A stretch of DNA of 46,394 bases from an uncultured Erysipelotrichaceae bacterium. GTDB taxonomy: Bacteria; Bacillota_I; Bacilli_A; RF39; UBA660. Location: NCBI GenBank assembly GCA_902776735.1, contig CACYRE010000001.1:1-46394 (forward strand), in the 5' to 3' direction. Of this stretch, positions 27,398-37,276 are shown piece by piece. The notes below the pieces were generated by a model. The model was not told where the DNA came from. It saw nothing but the letters and a program-made list of their open reading frames with translations, and searched no databases. A program made the translations under genes and the position numbers. Positions within the stretch are counted from its first letter, which is position 1; each line of letters opens with the position of its first letter.

Positions 27398-28576
27398 TTA
27401 TTCTCCTCTATAATATGGATTTTTAAATGGTATTAAAGTGCCATCTTTTCTATAAATCTTATCATCAACTAATAAATGTGTCTCTTTTGATATTACCGCA
27501 AATGCATGGATAGTAGTTCTATTTTTATCTGGTTCTATTTCATTATTAAATACTTCTGGTTTAATATGATATTTTACTAATAAAATATAATCGTCTCCAA
27601 GTATATCTTTAACAAAATCATCTACATAAGTATTAACTTTATTAATTAAATTTATTCCTAATTTAATTAAACAATCCCTTTGTAAATTTGGTCTAATAGG
27701 AAAAAATGGAGTTCTTACAAGATTAAATTCATTTATTGAAGTAGCATAAATCTTTTTTTCATTTTTAGCCATATTACGTAAAACCTTATTACCTGTATAA
27801 TTTATAATATTTATAATATTATTTTTACAGGTCATATCTATAGTAGGAACATTATGTAATTTTTCTTTTTTTGCAATTAAATCTATATCACATATAATAT
27901 CTTCAATTTCTTCAAGAGTATATTTACTTTTATCTTTATCATCAATAGTCTGTTTAACTATATAATCATCAAGTAAAAGGTCATTTTTATCTTTATAAAA
28001 TAAAAACATTTCACCATCATTTAAAATAGCACTTTTATTTAAAACAATAGAATTATAATTATTATAGTCATAATTATAATCTTCAAAAATATAGCCTCCT
28101 AATCGAGTCAATACATCAGCTACATTCTCGTCATTATATATATTTTCTGTAAATATATCAAATTCAGAATCATAGAATAGAGATTTTGAATAATCTGATT
28201 TATTAGTTTTTTTTCCAGTATGAACTAACCCATATAAATATTCAATATTACCAATTAAAATATCTCGTTTAACTCCTTCACTCAAATGTAAAACTATATC
28301 AGTCTCTAAATCTCTAACTTTATTATCTATAAGTGTTTTAACTTCAACATCAACTCTATATATTCCTACATCTTTTGTGAGACTAATTTTCTTAGGTTTC
28401 ATTTTTAAATAAGCATACTTATTTTTATTTTTAATTAAAATAGGAATAGACCTTAAATTAGTTAACTTATATTTATTAAGATGCTTAAGACATAAGTCTA
28501 CATATTTAAATAATACCCACAATGTATGATTCTTATATACATTATTTGTATTTTGAATATTTACTAATTCATTCAT
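27398..28576 (-). CDS. Hypothetical protein in the replication module
   Basis: 392-aa ORF, RBS AAGGAG; no motif recognised. Confidence 0.6.
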   Translation of the reverse strand: MNELVNIQNTNNVYKNHTLWVLFKYVDLCLKHLNKYKLTNLRSIPILIKNKNKYAYLKMKPKKISLTKDVGIYRVDVEVKTLIDNKVRDLETDIVLHLSEGVKRDILIGNIEYLYGLVHTGKKTNKSDYSKSLFYDSEFDIFTENIYNDENVADVLTRLGGYIFEDYNYDYNNYNSIVLNKSAILNDGEMFLFYKDKNDLLLDDYIVKQTIDDKDKSKYTLEEIEDIICDIDLIAKKEKLHNVPTIDMTCKNNIINIINYTGNKVLRNMAKNEKKIYATSINEFNLVRTPFFPIRPNLQRDCLIKLGINLINKVNTYVDDFVKDILGDDYILLVKYHIKPEVFNNEIEPDKNRTTIHAFAVISKETHLLVDDKIYRKDGTLIPFKNPYYRGE

Positions 28577-28596
28577 AGTTAAAATCTCCTTTATAA

Positions 28597-29784
28597 TTAA
28601 TTTTCATAATTCATTAAAAATATCTTTAATAATCCATTTTTAACAGTTACTCCTACATCGTCTAATGATATTTCTATTTTATCTACTCCAATAAAAGAAT
28701 CTAAAAGTTTTTTAAATACACTAGCGTTTAAAAAAATCTCTTTTCCATATAATCTTCCTTTATTTAATCGTTCTATTGGAAAATTAAAATTAGAATTACC
28801 ATTATTATTTAATATGCTTAAATTCAATTGATTATTCAAATATTTTAAACTTATTTTATTTGATGAGCCAGGTAATGATGTTGCTAATGATACAATTTTA
28901 TAAAATCTATCAAATGGTAAAAATACTTCAGAATCTTTCATTAAACTACTCATCTCTTGGGGTATCAGATTAATCTCTGAATGTTTAGAATTTATAAATT
29001 GATATTCTATATTATCTAATAAAATTCTAAGTCTAGATAATGATGTATCAACATTAAATAACATTATTTGATTTGGTTCATAATATTTATATAATTTACA
29101 AATAAACTCGATGTCTCTATATGATAAAACCATCTCTGGAGTTCTTATATCTGCTTCCATATAATAGAATGGTGATTTAAAATAACATTTATCTCCTATA
29201 AAAAATAATTTTTTATTATCATTAGATATTTCTGAAGACATTAAAGACATAACTGAAATACATGTTTTACCAAGATTATTTAATCCTAAATCAGCTATTT
29301 TATTAGTTGTATTTCCAGGAATAGCTACTATGTCTATATTAATTGGTCTAGCATCTATTAATAAATCTCCATCTAATAATCTAGTATAATACTTATTGTC
29401 TTTTTTATATATTAAAACTTTATTTCCCATAAGTTTTACTATTTTCTGTAAAACAGCTAATGATATTGCAAATGGCTCTGTTAAACTATTATTAATATCT
29501 CCATATAAATCTAGTCTCATTTTAAAATGAGATAATTCATTTGTTGCACATAAGTTTAAACTTTTATTAAAAGTTATTGGAATAAACGATATTGAATTAT
29601 ATTCTGTAATATCAGATTTACTTAATACTAATTTACTACATAAGTTTAATGCTCTAACTAAATGAAATCTACTAAAGATTAAATAAGGATATTCTATATT
29701 TAAATCAATGTCTTTATTATTTTCAACTATAAGCTCATCATTATTCAATACAGATATAATATCAGTAACTACATCTTGGTCCAT
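28597..29784 (-). CDS. Putative sliding clamp (DNA pol III beta-like)
   Basis: About 395 aa; L.RAL..C..L...LNLCATN...FAISL..L.KIVK pattern and three-domain repeat like DnaN; clamp loader nearby. Confidence 0.55.
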   Translation of the reverse strand: MDQDVVTDIISVLNNDELIVENNKDIDLNIEYPYLIFSRFHLVRALNLCSKLVLSKSDITEYNSISFIPITFNKSLNLCATNELSHFKMRLDLYGDINNSLTEPFAISLAVLQKIVKLMGNKVLIYKKDNKYYTRLLDGDLLIDARPINIDIVAIPGNTTNKIADLGLNNLGKTCISVMSLMSSEISNDNKKLFFIGDKCYFKSPFYYMEADIRTPEMVLSYRDIEFICKLYKYYEPNQIMLFNVDTSLSRLRILLDNIEYQFINSKHSEINLIPQEMSSLMKDSEVFLPFDRFYKIVSLATSLPGSSNKISLKYLNNQLNLSILNNNGNSNFNFPIERLNKGRLYGKEIFLNASVFKKLLDSFIGVDKIEISLDDVGVTVKNGLLKIFLMNYEN

Positions 29785-30602
29785 AAAATCTTTACGCTCC
29801 TATCTTTTATATTTTCATTATGCAAATTTTCAAAATCAGGTTTAGTTCGTTCTAATAAAGAAATATCCATAAAATATTTTTTATCAAACCAATTATCTAT
29901 TTCTGTTAATTTATTATCTTCTTTTTTAGATATATTTTCTTCTACACAATAATATAAATATAATTCTGGACTCCAATATTTACCGTGAGAAACTAATTCA
30001 GCTTTTACATTTTTAAAACTTTTAAATTTCTTTTTAACTAAAAAAGTTAAAATCTTATTTTTAATATGTCTTTTAATTATTTTCTTATAATGACAATAGT
30101 AACTGTCTATATAATAATGCAAAGCTTTTATATTAGATATATCATTATAAATATCCCAGGTATATACTCCATCTTTATAAAAAGCTTTAATTTTATGTTT
30201 TCTTAAATAATTAATCATAGATTCTGCATAAGTTAAATACCAGGTATAATATTGACTATTGTTTTCATCTTGCTCTAAATATCTTTCAACAGGTTCACAG
30301 AAAACAGACCTACTTGGTTTAAATTTATCTATATTTATTGTTGGTTGTGCAAATAATATTAATTTACTATTTCTAAATTCTGGTTCATAATAATCTAAAT
30401 TTACGTTATTAGACAACCAAATTCCAAAAGTAAATTCTGGAATTTCTTTTATTTTAAATCTACAAACAGAATTATCTCCATATTCAAATACAAAATATCC
30501 ATCACAAAACCTTCTTTGTGTACAGTGTATCTTAAATTCTTTTTCTATAGTATTTAAAAAATTATTAATAAAATCTTTATTAGTTTTTAAATTATCTTCC
30601 AT
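29769..30602 (-). CDS. Hypothetical protein
   Basis: Start moved to MEDNLK behind AAGAGG; the track ATG lies at the edge of a hairpin. Confidence 0.6.
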   Translation of the reverse strand: MEDNLKTNKDFINNFLNTIEKEFKIHCTQRRFCDGYFVFEYGDNSVCRFKIKEIPEFTFGIWLSNNVNLDYYEPEFRNSKLILFAQPTINIDKFKPSRSVFCEPVERYLEQDENNSQYYTWYLTYAESMINYLRKHKIKAFYKDGVYTWDIYNDISNIKALHYYIDSYYCHYKKIIKRHIKNKILTFLVKKKFKSFKNVKAELVSHGKYWSPELYLYYCVEENISKKEDNKLTEIDNWFDKKYFMDISLLERTKPDFENLHNENIKDRSVKILWTKM

Positions 30603-30624
30603 ATCGTTACCTCTTAAATTAGCA

Positions 30625-30646
30625 GAGTCCAGATACACTGGACTCA
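30625..30646 (-). terminator. GC-rich hairpin downstream of HU
   Basis: GAGTCCAG-TGTAT-CTGGACTC; weak T-tract. Confidence 0.5.
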
Positions 30647-30659
30647 TAATTTTATGCTA

Positions 30660-30932
30660 TTAATTTAAAGCATCTTTTAAATTTTTACCAGGTCTAAATT
30701 TTGGAGCAATTTTTGCTGGTATATTAATTACTTCTCCAGTTTGTGGATTTCTTCCTTGTCTAGCTTGAGTATGTTCTGCTTTAAATTTACCAAAGCCAGT
30801 AAGAGTTATTTCATCACCTTTAACTAAAGTTTCAGTAACAACTTCTTGAAAAGCATTTACAGCAGCTGTAGCTTCTTTCTTTGAAATTAAAGCCTTTCTT
30901 GCTAAAGCATCAATAAATTCTGCTTTGTTCAT
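30660..30932 (-). CDS. hup: HU family DNA-binding protein
   Basis: MNKAEFI, GFGKF, ARQGRNPQTGE.I.IPA, PKFRPGKNLKD. Confidence 0.96.
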   Translation of the reverse strand: MNKAEFIDALARKALISKKEATAAVNAFQEVVTETLVKGDEITLTGFGKFKAEHTQARQGRNPQTGEVINIPAKIAPKFRPGKNLKDALN

Positions 30933-30975
30933 AGACTATTTCCTCCTTAATAAAAATTAATATAAAAATACAAGC

Positions 30976-31488
30976 TTAACTAAAATGAGTTGATGTCCAT
31001 TCAAATCCATCTTCATCTGTAATATAATTTACATAACTTGAATATTGTGAATTATATTTAGTATGAAATTCTTTAGCATTTCGTTTAGCATTAGTTACAA
31101 TCTGTTCAAGCTCATCAATAGTTACTTGTCTATTATATTCATCAGTAATATAAAAATCATCTTTATATTTATCATAAAAATTTTTAAAACCTTTAAATGT
31201 ATTATAGTATTCAGTAGTTTCAAATGCTGGACACCATCCAGCAGATATTTTACATATATGTATCTCTGGTATTTCTATATCCCATTGTAAAATACATTTT
31301 ATATTATCTAAATCTGGTAATTCTAATACTTCTTTATATATTTTATGATTCTTACAGGTCTTTTCAATTAATTCTTCAATAGATTTACAATAATTATCTC
31401 TTATTTCATTTAATGTTTTTAAAGTTATTTTATTAATTTCATCTATTTTATCAAATCCTTTTGGAGTTAAATAATAATTAGTTCCCAT
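30976..31488 (-). CDS. Hypothetical phage protein
   Basis: MGTNYY...IHICKISAGW...ITDEY...FS, a recurrent phage protein pattern. Confidence 0.7.
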   Translation of the reverse strand: MGTNYYLTPKGFDKIDEINKITLKTLNEIRDNYCKSIEELIEKTCKNHKIYKEVLELPDLDNIKCILQWDIEIPEIHICKISAGWCPAFETTEYYNTFKGFKNFYDKYKDDFYITDEYNRQVTIDELEQIVTNAKRNAKEFHTKYNSQYSSYVNYITDEDGFEWTSTHFS

Positions 31489-31502
31489 TATAACACCTTC
31501 TA

Positions 31503-31670
31503 TTAAAATAAATAATGTCCTCTTCTAACCCATTCTTCTAAAGCTTCTTTACTATTAATTTCACCATTTAAAATACTAAACATTATTTCTTTTAAATCAT
31601 AACCCACACCTGAATCTATACAAATCTTATTTAAAAATATTTTACTATTATTTATAATATCATCATTCAT
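31503..31670 (-). CDS. Small hypothetical protein
   Basis: Likely start MNDDII overlapping the upstream stop. Confidence 0.45.
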   Translation of the reverse strand: MNDDIINNSKIFLNKICIDSGVGYDLKEIMFSILNGEINSKEALEEWVRRGHYLF

Positions 31671-31881
31671 TATTTTTATTCTCTTCAAATAATAATTCTT
31701 TCTTATTTTCTTCTTTCTTTGAATTCTCAAATGCATTAACTCTATAAATTAATTCTTCAAATGATGATTCATAATCTGACATATTTTCATTTAAATCATC
31801 TATTATATTAACTAAATCAATATATTTTTTAAATAATATTAAATTAAAAATAGCTAATAATATAACTACTACATTAATCAT
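31663..31881 (-). CDS. Small membrane-anchored coiled-coil protein
   Basis: RBS AGGAGG; N-terminal hydrophobic helix. Confidence 0.6.
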   Translation of the reverse strand: MINVVVILLAIFNLILFKKYIDLVNIIDDLNENMSDYESSFEELIYRVNAFENSKKEENKKELLFEENKNNE

Positions 31882-31895
31882 ATTTATTCCTCCTA

Positions 31896-32216
31896 CTAAC
31901 TTATATAATTCATTTTTGCTGAAATTGGACCTTCAACTATTTCTTTTGGTTTACCTAAATAAAAACATACGACCACAGTTTTTGATATATCTGAATACCT
32001 TCTTAATTCTTCTTTAGCTGGCTCAAAATAAATTAAATCTTCTATAACTGGATATTCTAATGGAAAATTTTCTATTTTATTTTCATATAATATATTACCG
32101 TCAATTTTATCGTATATTCTAAAATAATCTTTTTTAGGATAAAGCTCAAAATCTATTCCACAAAATTTATAATGATTTGTTTTATAAATAATATCTAATT
32201 TATCTTTAATTGTCAT
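31896..32216 (-). CDS. Hypothetical protein
   Basis: 106-aa ORF coupled to the sbcD-like gene. Confidence 0.55.
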   Translation of the reverse strand: MTIKDKLDIIYKTNHYKFCGIDFELYPKKDYFRIYDKIDGNILYENKIENFPLEYPVIEDLIYFEPAKEELRRYSDISKTVVVCFYLGKPKEIVEGPISAKMNYIS

Positions 32217-33171
32217 TATCTACCTTTCTATATATTCCTAAAGCTTCACAGTGATTAACTAATATATTTTCTATTTCAGGATATAATTCTTTAAATCTTT
32301 CTTTTGCTGATTCTCTATTTTCATCTAAAAAATCATAAAAATCTGGATTCTTTTTTACAATTAATTCATCTATTAAATTATTTAAATTAATATCATCTGT
32401 TTGACTTTTATTATATATTACTTTATCTAAAAATACTTCATTTCCGGGTTTAGATGGTACTTCTGTTTCTGACCATTCTAATGTTTCAGTATCAAATATT
32501 GCAACGTTAATTTTTCTATATAAATTACATGTTTTAGAAGTTCCCCTTGTTAATGACCCTGGTCTAATAATTGTATATCCTGATGTTTTAATTGTTGGAT
32601 ACGGTGAATGGTCATGTCCTAAAACATAAGCTGAATATCCTAAATTATTACATTTATCATCAGTTAAATTTCCATTTCCAGTTCCACCAAATCTCTCATT
32701 TTCATAAAAACAATGTCCAACCATTATACTATATTTACAATAAGTTTCTTCCTGAATAAAATCTTTACCAAAATCTATTCCTTTAATATGAACTCCATCT
32801 ATAGTCAAATCATCTAAATGAGTTATTATATTTCCAAGAAAAGCTTTAAATAATCTTGTTACTTTAAAATCTTTTTCATTATTATAATACATATCATGAT
32901 TTCCAATAATTGAATAAATACCTATTCCTTTATTTCTCATATCAGTTAATGTAATCCATATATCTGATTCTAATTCGTCATTTATACCAGTATTATTGTC
33001 ATAAACATCACCTAAAAATATAACATTAGATATATTATCCCTTTCACATATAGTTTCTAATGACTTTATTTTATTACTAATAACTTCTCTATATTGTTCT
33101 GGAGTTTCTTTTCTACTAGCTGGAGCTACACCTTTAATATGAACATCTCCAACAAACATTATTTTACTCAT
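32206..33171 (-). CDS. Mre11/SbcD (gp47)-like metallophosphoesterase nuclease
   Basis: GDVH, GDVYD, IGNHD, GH, LGHDH, PGSLTR. Confidence 0.88.
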   Translation of the reverse strand: MSKIMFVGDVHIKGVAPASRKETPEQYREVISNKIKSLETICERDNISNVIFLGDVYDNNTGINDELESDIWITLTDMRNKGIGIYSIIGNHDMYYNNEKDFKVTRLFKAFLGNIITHLDDLTIDGVHIKGIDFGKDFIQEETYCKYSIMVGHCFYENERFGGTGNGNLTDDKCNNLGYSAYVLGHDHSPYPTIKTSGYTIIRPGSLTRGTSKTCNLYRKINVAIFDTETLEWSETEVPSKPGNEVFLDKVIYNKSQTDDINLNNLIDELIVKKNPDFYDFLDENRESAKERFKELYPEIENILVNHCEALGIYRKVDNDN

Positions 33172-33181
33172 ATAAACCTCA

Positions 33182-33349
33182 CTAATAATTTAAATATTTT
33201 TTACCATCTATTATAATTCTATGATAAAAATAATCTTTTAATTCTTGCACTGAATTAGAATCTCTTTTAATATCCCATGGTTGGAAATAATCCTTATAGT
33301 TATAAATAAGCTGAACTAATTCATTTATAATAATATCTTTTTCTTCCAT
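33182..33349 (-). CDS. Small hypothetical protein
   Basis: Likely start MEEKD. Confidence 0.45.
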   Translation of the reverse strand: MEEKDIIINELVQLIYNYKDYFQPWDIKRDSNSVQELKDYFYHRIIIDGKKYLNY

Positions 33350-33350
33350 A

Positions 33351-33545
33351 TTAATTGCCACCAAATTTTGTATTTCCTAATAAATTATAAGACGCTAAAT
33401 AATTTTTACAAGAAACAGTAACATGAAAATCATCTATTTCTATATTAGATTTATTTATATACGTTACTAAATCACTATATTCATCTTTAATCTTACAAAT
33501 CTGTCTATGACTACAATTATTACATAATCTATCTATAATTAACAT
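33351..33545 (-). CDS. Small Cys-rich hypothetical protein
   Basis: CxxCxHxxxC...C motif; RBS AAGGAG. Confidence 0.55.
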   Translation of the reverse strand: MLIIDRLCNNCSHRQICKIKDEYSDLVTYINKSNIEIDDFHVTVSCKNYLASYNLLGNTKFGGN

Positions 33546-33546
33546 A

Positions 33547-33825
33547 TTAAATCTCCTTTATTTTATCTAATTCTTTAAATTGTAATTCATTTTCTGGAAT
33601 ATTTTCTTTAACCACTACAACATTACTTTCACCATACATAGAATTTATTTTTATAACTTGTCCTTCTTTTAATGGTCTAGTTGTTTTATATTCATAAATT
33701 TTACCAGTAAAAGGTTTTTCTGAATATTTATTTTCAAATATTACTCCTATATAATGATATTCATTAGAACGAACTTCTCCATTATTATTAATATTTACAT
33801 TAGATATTTCTGCATTATTTACCAT
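33547..33825 (-). CDS. Hypothetical protein
   Basis: 92-aa ORF in a tight operon. Confidence 0.55.
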   Translation of the reverse strand: MVNNAEISNVNINNNGEVRSNEYHYIGVIFENKYSEKPFTGKIYEYKTTRPLKEGQVIKINSMYGESNVVVVKENIPENELQFKELDKIKEI

Positions 33826-33827
33826 AA

Positions 33828-33983
33828 TTAAAAACCTACTTTCTCATAATTACTTAATTTTTCTTCTAATTCTAAAATTCTAGAATTTTTTCCTCTTAAT
33901 TCATGTTTTAAAGATATTTTATCTCTTAATAAACTTACAATTAATTCAGTGACATTAATGTCTCTTAGTAATTTTTGTTTCAT
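33828..33983 (-). CDS. Small coiled-coil protein (51 aa, not in track)
   Basis: MKQKLLRDINVTELIVSLLRDK...EKVGF; RBS AAGGAAG; fills an operon gap. Confidence 0.55.
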   Translation of the reverse strand: MKQKLLRDINVTELIVSLLRDKISLKHELRGKNSRILELEEKLSNYEKVGF

Positions 33984-34005
33984 TTTTATTCACTTCCTTT
34001 ATTTA

Positions 34006-34923
34006 TTATATGCTTTCTAAACTCTTTATATAGCTATAAAATTGATTTAATTCATATTCTTTACATATTTTTTCATAAGAATTTAGTTTAGATTTTTGTA
34101 AAATTGTAAAATTTACTGGTCTTAATCTCATAATAGTATAATTAGCAATATATTTATCAAAATTATCTACTAATTGTTTTAACCATTTTTCATGAGATTT
34201 CTTTTTTATAATATAACCTTTAAAATTATCATGCTCATATAAATAATCTACTAAATCTAATATTAAATCTTTAGGCATTCTTTTTACTGGAGGTTCTATA
34301 TTATCAGAAGTATCTCCTTTAAATGCTCTATAATAAGGTAATTTAAAAGGTTCGACCGGAAATTTTTCAATATATTCTGGTGAATTTAAAGTTATTTCTT
34401 CATTTCCTTTTAAAGTTACTTTATGGATTATTGAAATATTTTCATCTAAAGTTTGTAATAAATCTTTATCTGTAGAAAAAATATAACATTTTCTATTAAG
34501 TTCACTACATATTTTAGCTCCAGTAAACATTAAATCATCTGCCTCGCATTCTAAGCCTGCTATTGTATGAAAATGATTTAAATTAGATATTAAATCTCTA
34601 ATTTTTTGAAAATCTTTCCAAAAATTTGTATTATTACTATGGTCTCTATTACTCTTATAATTTTCATTAAGTGTTTTTCTCCAGTCACAAGGTGAATCCT
34701 CACATAGAAAAACTTCATAATTTAATTTATCAAGAGTTCTTAATGTCTGACATAATCCAAATAAATGGCCACTAGGTATTCCCTGTGATGTTTTAAATCT
34801 ATCTGGAGTAAAAACAAAATAAGAACGATATAGTAAATTATTTAAATCAACAAATACAGGTATTCTATCACTATTATTTACTATACTAATTAAGTCATTC
34901 TTACCATTATTTATATTTTCCAT
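34006..34923 (-). CDS. 5'-3' exonuclease / RNase H (FEN/PIN-like)
   Basis: VDLNNLLYRSYF, YKSNR, ECEADD, STDKDLLQ, GDTSDNI. Confidence 0.9.
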   Translation of the reverse strand: MENINNGKNDLISIVNNSDRIPVFVDLNNLLYRSYFVFTPDRFKTSQGIPSGHLFGLCQTLRTLDKLNYEVFLCEDSPCDWRKTLNENYKSNRDHSNNTNFWKDFQKIRDLISNLNHFHTIAGLECEADDLMFTGAKICSELNRKCYIFSTDKDLLQTLDENISIIHKVTLKGNEEITLNSPEYIEKFPVEPFKLPYYRAFKGDTSDNIEPPVKRMPKDLILDLVDYLYEHDNFKGYIIKKKSHEKWLKQLVDNFDKYIANYTIMRLRPVNFTILQKSKLNSYEKICKEYELNQFYSYIKSLESI

Positions 34924-34924
34924 A

Positions 34925-35191
34925 TTAATCTTCCTCTTTATATTTCTTTAAAACCTCATCTAATATAAACTGTCTAGCTTCTTCTTTTATCGGATAAGCT
35001 ACACTTCTTCCTTTATCATCTACTGGAAATTTTAAATACTTTCCTTTAATTCCATCCATTAATTTTATATCATTTATAATTATATCATAATCTATAATTA
35101 TATCAATATCAGCTAAAAAATTCTTTCCAAGATGATTTTTTTCTATATAATCATTATTATATTTATTCATCTTTATTTTAGATAATATCAT
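34925..35191 (-). CDS. Divergent SpoVG-like protein
   Basis: ADIDIIIDYDIIINDIKLMDGIKGKYLKFP...VAYPIKEEARQFILDEVLKKY mirrors SpoVG. Confidence 0.7.
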   Translation of the reverse strand: MILSKIKMNKYNNDYIEKNHLGKNFLADIDIIIDYDIIINDIKLMDGIKGKYLKFPVDDKGRSVAYPIKEEARQFILDEVLKKYKEED

Positions 35192-35192
35192 T

Positions 35193-35909
35193 TTAATATC
35201 CTCCTATAATGTCTGTTTCATTCCAGGTAGAAACATCAATTTCATTGTAATTATTTTTATCTATTCTAACTATAACTCTTTTAATTCCTGAATTTATAAT
35301 TAATCTTTTACAAATACTACATGGAGATGGGTCATCTACATAAGACAATTCTTTAGATGAACCATTATAAAAATCACATAATTTACCAACTAGATACATA
35401 GTACTATCAATCATATCTTTTCTACTAGCTGAAATAATAGCATTCATTTCAGCATGACATGAAACACAGTTAGAATAATCTGTTCCTCTTTCTGAATTTT
35501 GTCTTAAACATTTTCCTCTTTCTAAGCAAGAAGGTAAACCTCTAGGAGCTCCATTATATCCAGTAGAAATAATTTCATCATTCTTAACAATAATCGCTCC
35601 ATAATGTCTTTTTAAACAAGTACTTCTTTTTGATGCTGCTTCTGCAATATTTAAATAATAATTTGTTTTATCTATTCTATTAATTTTATTATTTTCTTTT
35701 TCTTTCATTAAATCAGACATTCTAACCCATTTTCTTCCACTATCTGTTTTAACTGCTAATTCTATATCAATAAAATTTCCATTTATACTATAATAATCTG
35801 GTGTTTGGTCTATTGAACATGCACCACATTTACAAGAAATAAGATTACCTTTTAAATCTCCTTGAATATAGTCATTACATTTCAAACAATGTATAATTTC
35901 ACCTTCCAT
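35193..35909 (-). CDS. dCMP deaminase with N-terminal zinc-ribbon domain
   Basis: RSTCLKR..GA, STGYNG, CHAEMNAII, PCSICKR; N-terminal CLKC...CKCG. Confidence 0.9.
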   Translation of the reverse strand: MEGEIIHCLKCNDYIQGDLKGNLISCKCGACSIDQTPDYYSINGNFIDIELAVKTDSGRKWVRMSDLMKEKENNKINRIDKTNYYLNIAEAASKRSTCLKRHYGAIIVKNDEIISTGYNGAPRGLPSCLERGKCLRQNSERGTDYSNCVSCHAEMNAIISASRKDMIDSTMYLVGKLCDFYNGSSKELSYVDDPSPCSICKRLIINSGIKRVIVRIDKNNYNEIDVSTWNETDIIGGY

Positions 35910-35934
35910 AGTTAACCTCCAATTATAATTAATA

Positions 35935-36300
35935 TTATTTATTATACCTTCTATTTAATAAGTCTTTAATATCTACACCTTCTTCTTCCATTTGAGAAGC
36001 GTATTCTTCCATATTAAATTCTCCTTTAGAATATAAATCTACTGTAGCAAATAAATCGCTCATAAAATCAGCTAAATCGTCAGCTTTAATATTAGTATGT
36101 TCACTAAACATAAAAGTATAAGCTATAATAATACAAAAATTATCTATAGCTTCTTGTACTTCATTATCATAAAATACTTTAAATTTACGATTTAATTCAT
36201 CTCTAATTTGATTTTCAAATTGATTTCCCCATTCAGCTAAAGCTAGCTTATTATTATCTCTAGCAGCTTTTTGTAATCTTCTTATTTCATTTCTATCCAA
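35935..36300 (-). CDS. Hypothetical protein (TTG start)
   Basis: 121 aa; RBS AAGGAAG. Confidence 0.6.
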   Translation of the reverse strand: MDRNEIRRLQKAARDNNKLALAEWGNQFENQIRDELNRKFKVFYDNEVQEAIDNFCIIIAYTFMFSEHTNIKADDLADFMSDLFATVDLYSKGEFNMEEYASQMEEEGVDIKDLLNRRYNK

Positions 36301-36322
36301 TAAAATCTCTTCCTTTTAATAT

Positions 36323-36958
36323 TTATAATACTAATCTTACTTCACCGTTTTTAACTTCATAAGTTTTATCAGCTATATCTATAAATCGAGGGTCATGAGC
36401 TACAAGTACAAATATAAATCCATATCTTTCAGATAAAGAAGTTAATAAACTTCTTAAATATGGAATATACTGGTCTGATAATGCAGAAAAAGCTTCATCT
36501 GCAAAAAGAATCGGACTTAATCCTTGATATAATATAAAATAAATTTGTAAAATAAAACCTACAATTGTTTTAATACCAAAACCATTATCTTTTATATCTG
36601 TTTTAATTTTTGAACCATCCTCTTGTTCTTCTATTAAATAAATATTAAGACTGTTAGAATTTCTGTATTCAGATAATTCAAATTCTATACTATATTTTTT
36701 ATCAAAAAATATAGTAGAAACTGCTGTATTTAATAATTCTTCTAAATGGTCTATATGACTTCTAGATAATTTATCAATTATTTCTTTCATATATTCAATA
36801 GCAAATTCATAAGTTTTATGTTCTTTTATTTTATTTTGCATTGTATTTTGATATTCTTCTTTTTGTCTAATTCTATCATCTAATGCTGCTTGAATTGTAT
36901 CATATTTAGATTTTAATTGAATAGCAGTATTATAAAGATTATTGTAATTTTCTATCAT
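36323..36958 (-). CDS. SbcC/Rad50 C-terminal ATPase half
   Basis: Coiled coil, then signature-like NGFG, Walker B LFADEAFSAL and H-loop VAHD. Confidence 0.82.
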   Translation of the reverse strand: MIENYNNLYNTAIQLKSKYDTIQAALDDRIRQKEEYQNTMQNKIKEHKTYEFAIEYMKEIIDKLSRSHIDHLEELLNTAVSTIFFDKKYSIEFELSEYRNSNSLNIYLIEEQEDGSKIKTDIKDNGFGIKTIVGFILQIYFILYQGLSPILFADEAFSALSDQYIPYLRSLLTSLSERYGFIFVLVAHDPRFIDIADKTYEVKNGEVRLVL

Positions 36959-36960
36959 AA

Positions 36961-37260
36961 TTATTCTCCTTGAATTGCATTTGCATATTTAACTAATTCT
37001 TCATTTAATGATTTTTCTAATTTATTAATTTCTATATCTAAATCATTGTAAGATGCAATTCCCATGCTATTAAGTTGTTCCATTAAACTTTTTTCATCTT
37101 GTTCTAATTGATTCTTAATTACTTCTTGTTTCATATAAGCACTTTCTGCTTCTTTAGTTTTTGTATCTATTTCAGATAGCAATGTCTTTTTATCATTATC
37201 TGATAATTCTTCTATATATTTATTTTTATCTTCTGCATTTACAAAATTTTCTAAAATCAT
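36961..37260 (-). CDS. Coiled-coil protein (middle piece of split SbcC/Rad50)
   Basis: All-helical heptad pattern between the two SbcC halves; start MILENF behind AAAGGA. Confidence 0.55.
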   Translation of the reverse strand: MILENFVNAEDKNKYIEELSDNDKKTLLSEIDTKTKEAESAYMKQEVIKNQLEQDEKSLMEQLNSMGIASYNDLDIEINKLEKSLNEELVKYANAIQGE

Positions 37261-37276
37261 TTCTTTATTCCTTTCT

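Noticed and set aside
31063-31290. Plus-strand 75-aa ORF
   Set aside because: Antisense shadow within a well-supported minus-strand gene.
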